Notes under the pieces: generated by a model
Seen by the model: only the letters and a program-made list of their open reading frames with translations
Told to the model about the DNA's origin: nothing
Database searches by the model: none
Shown: in pieces, positions 9,539 to 16,821 of the stretch
Layout of the letters: every line of letters starts with the position of its first letter
Numbering within the stretch: position 1 is the first letter of the stretch
Program-made: the position numbers and the translations under genes
Assembly: GCA_963709585.1 (NCBI GenBank)
Contig: CAVPXI010000007.1
Span: 78,934-142,933, forward strand
Direction of reading: 5' to 3'
DNA from: Candidatus Dormiibacterota bacterium
Lineage (GTDB): Bacteria; Chloroflexota; Dormibacteria; Aeolococcales; Aeolococcaceae
DNA: 64,000 nucleotides

Positions 9539-10030
9539 TCAGACGTAGAAGCGATACAGCCCCTGTGCGATGCAGCACGGCTTCTCGGCACCTTCACGCT
9601 CGATCACGAAGTCCACAACAATCTGCAGACTGCCGTCGGTGACGGTCTCGACCGACACGAGCGTCGCGCCGGTGCGGATCAGCGAGCCAACCGGAACCGG
9701 GGAAACAAACCGCACCTTGTTCAACCCGTAGTTGATGCCCAGGCGCACGCCCTCGAAATGCAGGATCTCGCTCCACATCGGGACGAGCAACGAAAGCGTG
9801 AGGAATCCATGCGCGATGGTGGTGCCGAACGGTCCCGCCGCCGCGCGCTCCGCGTCGACATGAATCCACTGATGGTCGTCGGTCGCGTCGGCGAATGCGT
9901 TGATCTGCTCCTGGGTGATCTCGCGCCACTCGCAATACCCGAGGTGTTTGCCGGTCAGGGCCGTCAACTCGGCGACGCTCGCGACGGTCGTGGTCACGGT
10001 GTTCTCCTCAGTCCCAACTCGTTCTGGCAT
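9539..10030 (-). CDS. MaoC-like (R)-specific enoyl-CoA hydratase/dehydratase
   Basis: ORF track. Hot-dog fold signature DDHQWIHVDAERAAAGPFGTTIAHG. Confidence 0.8.
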   Translation of the reverse strand: MPERVGTEENTVTTTVASVAELTALTGKHLGYCEWREITQEQINAFADATDDHQWIHVDAERAAAGPFGTTIAHGFLTLSLLVPMWSEILHFEGVRLGINYGLNKVRFVSPVPVGSLIRTGATLVSVETVTDGSLQIVVDFVIEREGAEKPCCIAQGLYRFYV

Positions 10031-10033
10031 GCG

Positions 10034-10438
10034 TCAGTCGCGCGTCAGGATGACCACCGGAATCTCCCGCTCGGTGCGCTGCTGGTATTGATCGTAGTCC
10101 GGCCAGACCGCGGTCATCGTCTTCCACAGCTCCGGTTTCTCCTCGGCCGTCGCCGTCCGCGCGTGGGCGGCAAAGCGATCTGCCTTGACCTGGACCTGAA
10201 CTTCGGGGTCTGCCGCCAGGTTCACGTACCACGCGGGTGGTGCGGGAGCTCCGCCCTTGGAGCCGACGACCAGGTAGTCGTCACCGTGACGTCCGAAGAT
10301 GAGCGCATTGCTGCGCATCGCACCGGACTTGCGCCCCTTGGTGGTGAGGATCAGGATCTCGACGCCGTCGCGCCAGCTGTACCCTTCTTCGCCGTTGGTC
10401 TCGACATATCGATCGACGTGCTCTCTGCCGTACAGCAT
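10034..10438 (-). CDS. Deazaflavin (F420)-dependent nitroreductase-family oxidoreductase (DDN type)
   Basis: Internal ATG (10438) of ORF 10034..10615. Sequence TTKGRKSGAMRSNALIFGRHGDDYLVVGSKGGAPAPPAWYVNLAADPEVQVQV matches the DDN/F420H2-dependent reductase family pattern. Confidence 0.8.
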   Translation of the reverse strand: MLYGREHVDRYVETNGEEGYSWRDGVEILILTTKGRKSGAMRSNALIFGRHGDDYLVVGSKGGAPAPPAWYVNLAADPEVQVQVKADRFAAHARTATAEEKPELWKTMTAVWPDYDQYQQRTEREIPVVILTRD

Positions 10439-10484
10439 CCATGATCTCCAGAGGTGCGATTGTCTCCGACGCCGGGAAGCGCTC

Positions 10485-10516
10485 CTTCGAGTGTAATTTA
10501 CCGGTGCACTTCGAAG
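10485..10516. promoter_or_regulatory. Imperfect inverted repeat in a divergent promoter region
   Basis: CTTCGAGTG (10485-10493) and CACTTCGAAG (10507-10516), with one extra base in the right arm, lie between divergent starts at 10438 and 10560. Confidence 0.3.
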
Positions 10517-10559
10517 ACCCGCGGTCCTCGCGACCCCGCGCGACCAGGTCCGTCTGAGC

Positions 10560-11576
10560 ATGGGAGCGAGAACCGGCGGTCTCATCGGGCGGATGGGGCC
10601 CTTGGCGGTGGCCATCGCCGCCGCGATGTGGGCGACCGATCCCTACTTCCGCCCCGCGCTGACGAAACAACTGACGGCGAGCCAGATCGTGTTCGTCGAG
10701 TCACTGCTCATCGCGCTGTGCTTCCTTCCCGTTGCCGGGCGGGTCCGCCGAGAGTTGCGCCATCTCCCCCTCCGCCAGTGGATCGCCATGGGCATCATCG
10801 CGCTCGGCGCGCAGGCCTTCGCGACAGTGCTCTTCACCCAGGCGCTGAGCTATGCATTCCCCGCGCGCGCCGCTCCGGATTTCAACGTCGAGAACGAGGT
10901 TTATCTCCTCTACATGCTGCAGCCGGTGTTCGGCATCGCCATGGCGCGCATCTTCCTCAAGGAGCGGCGCAAGCCATACTTCTGGCCCCTGGCGGCCTGC
11001 GCGATGGTGGGGGTCTATCTGATCGTGTTTCCGCAGAACCCGCTGGCTCCGTTCTCCTCGGTGCAGCATGGTCAATTGCTCGCTGCGGTATTGATTCTCG
11101 GCGCCGTTATCCTCTGGGCCTCGGGGACGGTGTTCGGGCGCTACAGCCTCTCCAACGTCTCGTTCGTCACCACCGCGGCGATGCGTTTTACGCTCGCTCT
11201 GCCGGTGCTGCTCGTGCTCATGCTCACCGGGGTCGGCGGGGGGCACCTGGGCGCGTTCACAGTGCAACAGATCCCCGGGTTCATCGGAATCGCGCTTATC
11301 CCGGGGCTGCTGGCGATGCTGCTGTACTACCGCGCGCTCGCGAGCACCCCTGCATCCATGGCCTCGATCGCCGAGCTGGGCTACCCGTGCACCCTTTTTC
11401 TGGTCTTCTCGCTGCCGGCTCCAGTCGGACTCGGCCTCCGGCTGTACGGGATCGAGATCGTCGGCGCGCTGGTGCTCATCGCGGTGGTCACGACGCTGAA
11501 CCTGCTCAAGGATCGCGACGTCGTCGAGACGCCACGCCGCACCGACGTGACCCTGGCCGCTGAAGGGAGCCGGTAG
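10560..11576 (+). CDS. DMT-superfamily (EamA-like) transporter
   Basis: ORF track. About 10 hydrophobic segments in a two-repeat EamA-like organisation. Confidence 0.75.
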   Translation: MGARTGGLIGRMGPLAVAIAAAMWATDPYFRPALTKQLTASQIVFVESLLIALCFLPVAGRVRRELRHLPLRQWIAMGIIALGAQAFATVLFTQALSYAFPARAAPDFNVENEVYLLYMLQPVFGIAMARIFLKERRKPYFWPLAACAMVGVYLIVFPQNPLAPFSSVQHGQLLAAVLILGAVILWASGTVFGRYSLSNVSFVTTAAMRFTLALPVLLVLMLTGVGGGHLGAFTVQQIPGFIGIALIPGLLAMLLYYRALASTPASMASIAELGYPCTLFLVFSLPAPVGLGLRLYGIEIVGALVLIAVVTTLNLLKDRDVVETPRRTDVTLAAEGSR

Positions 11577-11582
11577 CACCCG

Positions 11583-12188
11583 ATGCCACCGTCGTTCTGG
11601 ATCGTCGTGCTGATCAAGGACTTCACGACCGCGAAGAGCCGGCTGGCACCGGTCCTGGGGCCTGTGCCCCGTCGCCGGCTGGCCGAGATGACCGCGGCGC
11701 GTGCGCTGGATGCGGCACGGGCGCTGGCACCGACGCTCGCCGTCTGCGGATCGGAGGAAGCCGCCGGCCTCGCCCGCCTCCGGGGCGCGGCCCTCGTCGT
11801 GGAGCCCTCGCCGAGCGGGCAGAACCAGGCGGCCACGCGCGGTCTCGTCGAGGTCATGCAGCGCGGCGCGGCGGCGGCGCTGCTCCTGAGCTCTGATCTT
11901 CCGCTCGTCGACGAAGCAGCGCTGCGCCGGCTCCTGGCTCACACGGACGCTCCCGGAGGCCTCGTGGTCGCCGCTCCGGCGGACGGCCGCCAGGGGACGA
12001 ACGCGCTCTATCTGCGCCCGCCCGGCGACTTCTCCCTTCACTTCGGAGCAGCCTCGCTGCCGAAGTTCGCTGAGGAAGCCCGGCTGCGCGGCCGTAGGTT
12101 CATCGTCCACGATGACCCACGCCTCGCGCTCGATCTTGACGAACCGTCAGACCTCTCAGCATGGCGCCGGCTCGAGCCGACTGGGTGA
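11583..12188 (+). CDS. cofC: 2-phospho-L-lactate (phosphoenolpyruvate) guanylyltransferase CofC/FbiD
   Basis: ORF track. IVVLIKDFTTAKSRLAPVL...LLLSSDLPLV...GTNAL matches the CofC family pattern. Lies directly upstream of cofE and cofD. Confidence 0.8.
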   Translation: MPPSFWIVVLIKDFTTAKSRLAPVLGPVPRRRLAEMTAARALDAARALAPTLAVCGSEEAAGLARLRGAALVVEPSPSGQNQAATRGLVEVMQRGAAAALLLSSDLPLVDEAALRRLLAHTDAPGGLVVAAPADGRQGTNALYLRPPGDFSLHFGAASLPKFAEEARLRGRRFIVHDDPRLALDLDEPSDLSAWRRLEPTG

Positions 12189-12923
12189 ACCTCGAGCTGC
12201 GCGGCGTCGAAGGACTCCCCGAGATCCGCCCCGGCGACGACCTTGCGGCGCTCATCGTCCAGAATTCCGGGCCAATCCGTGGCGGCGATGTCGTCGTCGT
12301 GGCCCAGAAGGTGGTCTCCAAAGCGGAAGGCCGGATTCGCAGCCTCGCGGATGTCACGCCATCGGAGCGCGCGATCGCACTCGCGCGTAAGCTCGACGCG
12401 GATCCCCGCATGGTCCAGGTGATCCTCGACGAGACCACCAGTGTGGTGCGCGACGACCGCGTGCTGATCGTCGAGACCCACCAGGGATTCGTCTGCGCCA
12501 ACGCGGGCGTCGACCGGTCGAACGTCGACGGGGAGGACGACGTCTCCCTGCTTCCCGTCGATTGCGACGCCAGCGCGCGTGCGCTTCGTGATCGGATCCA
12601 CGCGCTGGCAGGCGTGCACGCCGGGGTGATCGTCAGCGACACCTTCGGGCGCGCGTGGCGGATGGGGCTTGTCAACGTGGCGCTCGGCGTCGCGGGGATA
12701 CCGGCGATGATCGACTACCGCGGCCGGCCGGACGACTTCGGGATGCCGTTGCAGGCGACGCTGGTGGCGATCGCCGACGAGCTGGCGGCCGCCGCCGAGC
12801 TGCTGATGGGCAAGAACTCGACGCGTTCCCGCGGTCATCGTGCACGGACTCGATGAGCTCGACGCGGCGCCGGGCACCGGTCAGGAGTTGGTGCGCCCAA
12901 CTGAGCTGGACCTCTTCCGGTGA
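12185..12923 (+). pseudogene. cofE: F420-0:gamma-glutamyl ligase CofE (single-domain), interrupted by an apparent 1-nt insertion near 12812-12825
   Basis: GTG at 12185 overlaps the cofC stop (GTGA). ORF 12161..12856 matches CofE up to ...AAAELLMGK, then reads junk (NSTRSRGHRARTR*). The next frame gives VPAVIVHGLDELDAAPGTGQELVRPTELDLFR*, the conserved CofE C-terminus, and its TGA (12921-12923) overlaps the cofD GTG at 12920. Confidence 0.8.
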
Positions 12924-13846
12924 GGGTGGCGCTGCTCTCGGGAGGCACAGGGGGCGCGCGGCTCGCAACCGGCCTGGCGGCGGTGCTCTCACCCGACGAA
13001 CTGTCCATCGTGGCCAACACCGCCGACGACGACGAGTTCTGGGGTCTGCTCGTGAGCCCTGACGTCGACGCGATCCTCTACCGGCTCGCCGGCATCTTCA
13101 ACGAAGCGACCGGATTTGGCGTGCGCGACGACACGTTTCACGCGCAGGCGATGCTCGGGAACCTTGGCGAGCAGACGTGGTTCCAACTCGGAGACCGGGA
13201 TATCGGCATGCACCTGCTCCGGGCCACGCTGCTGCGTGGTGGGCAGCGTCTGGCAGAGGCGGTGGCGCATCTGGCTCGGAGCTTCGGCATCAGGGTGCGG
13301 GTGATCCCGATGAGCGACGACCCAGTGCGCACCCGGATCCTCACCGATTCCGGCGAGCTGAGCATGCAGGAGTGGTTCGTGGGACAGCGGTGCCGGCCGG
13401 CGGTACGCGGGATGCGCCTCGCGGGGATCGAATCGGCGCGCCCCGCGCCGGAAGCCGTCGACGCTGTCGCCAACGCCGAGGTCGTGATCATCGGACCGTC
13501 GAATCCACTCCTGAGCGTCGATCCCATCCTCGCCGTCCTCGGCAAGGAGCTCCACCGGGAGCGCGTTGCCGTGGTCTCCCCGGTGGTCGGCGGCCGGTCG
13601 CTGAAAGGACCGACCGTGGACATGCTCCGGCAGATGGGCGAGGAGGCGAGCGCCCTGGGTGTGGCCCGCCGCTACGCCGGCATCGCAGCCACCATGGTCA
13701 TCGACCGCGATGACGGGGCATTGGCCGAGCCGATCCGGGCGTTGGGAATGCGCCCGCTGGTCGAGGACACGGTGATGGACGGCGCGCAGGGCGAGCGGCG
13801 TCTGGCGGCGTCGCTGCTCCGCGCCCTAGACATCCCACGGGGATAA
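12920..13846 (+). CDS. cofD: 2-phospho-L-lactate transferase CofD/FbiA
   Basis: ORF track. MRVALLSGGTGGARLATGL...ANTADD...GDRD...IIGPSNP are CofD hallmark segments. Confidence 0.9.
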   Translation: MRVALLSGGTGGARLATGLAAVLSPDELSIVANTADDDEFWGLLVSPDVDAILYRLAGIFNEATGFGVRDDTFHAQAMLGNLGEQTWFQLGDRDIGMHLLRATLLRGGQRLAEAVAHLARSFGIRVRVIPMSDDPVRTRILTDSGELSMQEWFVGQRCRPAVRGMRLAGIESARPAPEAVDAVANAEVVIIGPSNPLLSVDPILAVLGKELHRERVAVVSPVVGGRSLKGPTVDMLRQMGEEASALGVARRYAGIAATMVIDRDDGALAEPIRALGMRPLVEDTVMDGAQGERRLAASLLRALDIPRG

Positions 13847-13850
13847 GTCG

Positions 13851-15065
13851 TCAAGCAGCAGCCTGACGGATGGGTGGCCAGGCCACGCGTTCGGAGTAGC
13901 AGCAGCGATGTTCGAGACAGCCGTGGAGGATGCCGACGAGACGGTTGGCGAGGGCACGCAGCGCCTGATGGTGGGTGTGGCCGCGGGCACGATGAGCCGC
14001 GTAATAGGCACGTGCGCCCGCTGAATGCGTCAGGGTGCAGAAGGCCCACAGGTAGAGCGCATCGGCGAGACGGCGGTTGCGCGTCACACGCGCCAGGACC
14101 ACCGACCGAGTGCCTGAGGCACGAGTGATCGGAGCGCTGCCGGCATAGCAGCGTCGCGCTCTGGCATTCTCATAGCGGGTCCGGTCGTCACCGAACTCCG
14201 CCAAGACCCGGGCGCCGAGGATCACACCAAGTCCGGGCAGACTGCGCAGGATCTCGGCGTCCGGGTGATCTTCAAAAGCCTCGGCAAGCTCGGCCTCGAG
14301 GGTGGCGATCTGCGCATTGAACTCGCTGATCACGCGCACCATGGCCAGCACCGAGCTGCCATACGCCCTGGCGAGCAGCGGCGGCGGCGCCAGTTGCGGC
14401 GCACGCAGTGCGCGTTGCAAGGCCGCAGCGCGGGGGGCGATCCCGCGACGGCGCCCGCTACGCGCCAGCACCACCCGGAGCTGGTTGAAAGTCAGCCGCC
14501 GTCCTTGCTCGGGCGTGGGTGCTCGGCTGAGCAACGCCAGTGCGTCCCGACCGGCCAACTCCGTGCCCAGCGCGTCCAGTGCAGCGGGATAGAACTCCCG
14601 CAGCGCGCTGCGCAGCTGATTGGCATGCCGGACGCGCGCCCACACCAACGTCTGATGGGTGCGGGCGAGCACTTTCAGACTCTCCGCGAGCTCGCTGTCG
14701 CCCGCCATCGGGCGATGGTTCTGGCGATCGGTGCGGACCAACTCGGCCAACACCTTGGCGTCGCCCGGATCCGACTTCGCCCGCGACACGGTATGGCGAT
14801 CGCGGTAGCGACTCACCGCGAACGGATTCAGGGCATACACCTGATACCCGGTGGCCACCAACCCTTGCACCAGCAGACCGCGGTCGGTTTCGATGCCAAC
14901 CACCACGGTCTCGGGTTTCGAGGTGTGCGCCCCGACCAGCTCATGGATGCGTGCCAGGCCTTCGATCCCATCGGGGACGCGCGCCTTGTCGAGACGGGCT
15001 CCTGCCTCGTCAAGGAGACACACGTCGTGGTGCGCCTCCGCCCAATCGATGCCGAGGTAGACCAT
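13851..15065 (-). CDS. IS110-family transposase/recombinase (404 aa)
   Basis: ATG at 15065 within ORF 13851..15110, preceded by AGGAGGAG. MVYLGIDWAEAHHDVCLLDEAG... is the DEDD_Tnp_IS110 N-domain, and ...LRSLPGLGVILGARVLAEFGD... is the Transposase_20 C-domain. Confidence 0.9.
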   Translation of the reverse strand: MVYLGIDWAEAHHDVCLLDEAGARLDKARVPDGIEGLARIHELVGAHTSKPETVVVGIETDRGLLVQGLVATGYQVYALNPFAVSRYRDRHTVSRAKSDPGDAKVLAELVRTDRQNHRPMAGDSELAESLKVLARTHQTLVWARVRHANQLRSALREFYPAALDALGTELAGRDALALLSRAPTPEQGRRLTFNQLRVVLARSGRRRGIAPRAAALQRALRAPQLAPPPLLARAYGSSVLAMVRVISEFNAQIATLEAELAEAFEDHPDAEILRSLPGLGVILGARVLAEFGDDRTRYENARARRCYAGSAPITRASGTRSVVLARVTRNRRLADALYLWAFCTLTHSAGARAYYAAHRARGHTHHQALRALANRLVGILHGCLEHRCCYSERVAWPPIRQAAA

Positions 15066-15290
15066 GTGGCGCTCCTCCTGTGTGAACGCGACAACGAGCC
15101 GGAGGAGCATCGCGGCGCCCTAATGGATCAGTGCTCGGGGCACGACATCCCACCGGCCGTCTTGTCTCCTCGCCAACCGTCGGGGCCACGGTCTAGGCCT
15201 GGAGCTCAGCGCTCTGAGTTCGAAGAGTGGTCACCCGCCGGCGGCTCGGGAGCAGCTTGCTCCTCAGCCGAGCTGCTCGCCACCCATTAG
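15066..15290 (-). ncRNA. Candidate IS110 bridge (seek) RNA region in the 5' noncoding end of the element
   Basis: A 225-nt noncoding stretch upstream of the recombinase holds several hairpins, e.g. CGGCT-GGAGCA-loop-TGCTCC-AGCCG (15242-15270) and CTCAG-n4-CTGAG (15208-15221). IS110-group elements are known to encode a structured guide RNA in this position. No covariance model was run. Confidence 0.25.
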
Positions 15291-15299
15291 AGTCAACCG

Positions 15300-15710
15300 A
15301 TGGCCCATGAGCTTGCACTCGAGTACCTCCGCGCGAACCCGCGAGGCGTGCTCGCGACCTATCGACGCGACGGCCAGGCACAGCTCTCGCCGGTGCTCGC
15401 CGGCGTCGACGCGGAGGCTCGCGTGGTGATCAGCACGCGTGAGGGGGCGATGAAGGCGCTCAACCTTCGCCGCAACCCGCGCGCCGGTCTCTGCGTGCTC
15501 AGCGAACGCTTCTTCGGCGAGTGGCATGCCCTCGAGGGCGACGCCGAGGTTCTCAGCCTTCCCGATGCGCTGGAACCGCTCGTCGACTACTACCGTCGGG
15601 TCAGTGGAGAACACCCCGACTGGCAGGACTATCGCGATGCCATGGCACGCGAGCGCCGTGTGCTGCTGCGCATCACCGTCGATCGCAGCGGGCCGACGAC
15701 GCAGGGATAA
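15300..15710 (+). CDS. PPOX-class (pyridoxamine 5'-phosphate oxidase fold) probable F420-dependent enzyme
   Basis: ORF track. NPRGVLATYRRDGQAQLSPV...VVISTREGAMKALNLRRNPRAGLCV matches the PPOX-class F420-dependent family pattern. Confidence 0.75.
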   Translation: MAHELALEYLRANPRGVLATYRRDGQAQLSPVLAGVDAEARVVISTREGAMKALNLRRNPRAGLCVLSERFFGEWHALEGDAEVLSLPDALEPLVDYYRRVSGEHPDWQDYRDAMARERRVLLRITVDRSGPTTQG

Positions 15711-15717
15711 ACTCGGC

Positions 15718-16752
15718 TCAGGCCCCGCCCTCGCGCGTCCGGAGGCTGCGGAGGCGGGGCAACACGTCGCGGGCGTACAGCTCGAGAAATCGACGCTGGT
15801 CAGGGCCCGGGGCGTGAAAGATCAGATGGGTGAATCCGAGGTCCAGGTATGGACGGATGCGTTCCACATGCTCGTCGGGATCTGACGAAACGATCCAGCG
15901 GCCGGCGGCTCGCTCGATGGAAAGCTCGTCGGCGAGGCGCTCCATCTCGACCGCGTCCTCGACGCCCATCTTCTCCTCGGCAGACAGCGCCAGCGCTGCC
16001 CAGTGCCGCGTGTCCGCACGCGCTCGGTCGCGATCGCTGTCGAATGAGACCTTCATCTCGATGGCCAGCTCGACATCGGCCGGGTCTCGCCCGGCTGCGC
16101 GTGCGCCCTCCATCACCGCCGGGAGCAGCGTGTCGGAGTACAGCTCCATGCCCTTGCCGCTGGTGCAGATGAGTCCGTCGGCGACCCGGCCGGCGAGCCG
16201 TGCGGCCGACGCTCCCGCGGCGGCGATGTAGATCGGGATCGGCGTCGCCGGCCGATCGTAGATGGTGGCGTTCCGGGTCCGGTAGTACGTGCCGTCGAAG
16301 GTGACCCGGTCGCTCGTCAACAGCGTCTGGATGAGCGTGACCGCTTCCTTGAGCCGCGCGAACCGCTCCTTGGTGTCCGGCCAATCGATGTCGAGCGGCG
16401 CCTCGTTCATCAACTCACCGGTACCGACTCCGAGCCAGATGCGGCCGGGGAAGAGGGTCCCGAGCGTGCCCATAGCCTGCGCGACGATCGCCGGGTGATA
16501 GCGGAAGGTCGGGGTGAGCACGCTGGTGCCGAGCGCGATCCGGCTGGTCGCCTGACCGGCCGCCCCCAGCCACGTCAGCGAGAAGGGGGCGTGACCGCCG
16601 CTGTGCCGCCAGGGTTGAAAGTGATCGCTGATCGCGGCGGTGTCGAAGCCGCACTGCTCCGCGACCACCGTGAAATCGAGCAGGTCGGAGGGACTGAACT
16701 GCTCCGCCGAGACCTTGTATCCGAACCGACGCTGGCGAGACAAGGCGCCCAT
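15718..16752 (-). CDS. fgd: F420-dependent glucose-6-phosphate dehydrogenase (LLM class)
   Basis: Internal ATG (16752) of ORF 15718..16815. FGYKVSAEQF...SDHFQPWRHSGGHAPFSLTWL...GTSVLTPTFRYHPA...GVGTGE...ICTSGKG...HLIFHAPGPDQRRFLELY closely parallels mycobacterial Fgd1 as I recall it. Confidence 0.85.
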   Translation of the reverse strand: MGALSRQRRFGYKVSAEQFSPSDLLDFTVVAEQCGFDTAAISDHFQPWRHSGGHAPFSLTWLGAAGQATSRIALGTSVLTPTFRYHPAIVAQAMGTLGTLFPGRIWLGVGTGELMNEAPLDIDWPDTKERFARLKEAVTLIQTLLTSDRVTFDGTYYRTRNATIYDRPATPIPIYIAAAGASAARLAGRVADGLICTSGKGMELYSDTLLPAVMEGARAAGRDPADVELAIEMKVSFDSDRDRARADTRHWAALALSAEEKMGVEDAVEMERLADELSIERAAGRWIVSSDPDEHVERIRPYLDLGFTHLIFHAPGPDQRRFLELYARDVLPRLRSLRTREGGA

Positions 16753-16821
16753 CGTCTCATGAGGGCGCTTCAGATCAGGTCGCGCAGCATGCCGGGGCGC
16801 ATAGAGCACCGGCAAGCGCCG

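Larger units (their letters stand above)
13847..15290 (-). mobile_element. IS110-family insertion sequence (ends approximate)
   Basis: DEDD-type transposase gene plus a ~225-nt 5' noncoding leader. The transposase stop (13851) is only 4 nt from the cofD stop. No terminal inverted repeats are seen, as expected for IS110. Exact ends cannot be fixed from one copy. Confidence 0.6.

Noticed and set aside
15242-15270. The two-tier hairpin as a confidently assigned intrinsic terminator of cofCED.
   Set aside because: It has no U-tract, and the IS110 element now separates it from cofD by 1.4 kb. It could equally belong to the IS leader RNA. The assignment is left open rather than annotated as a terminator.
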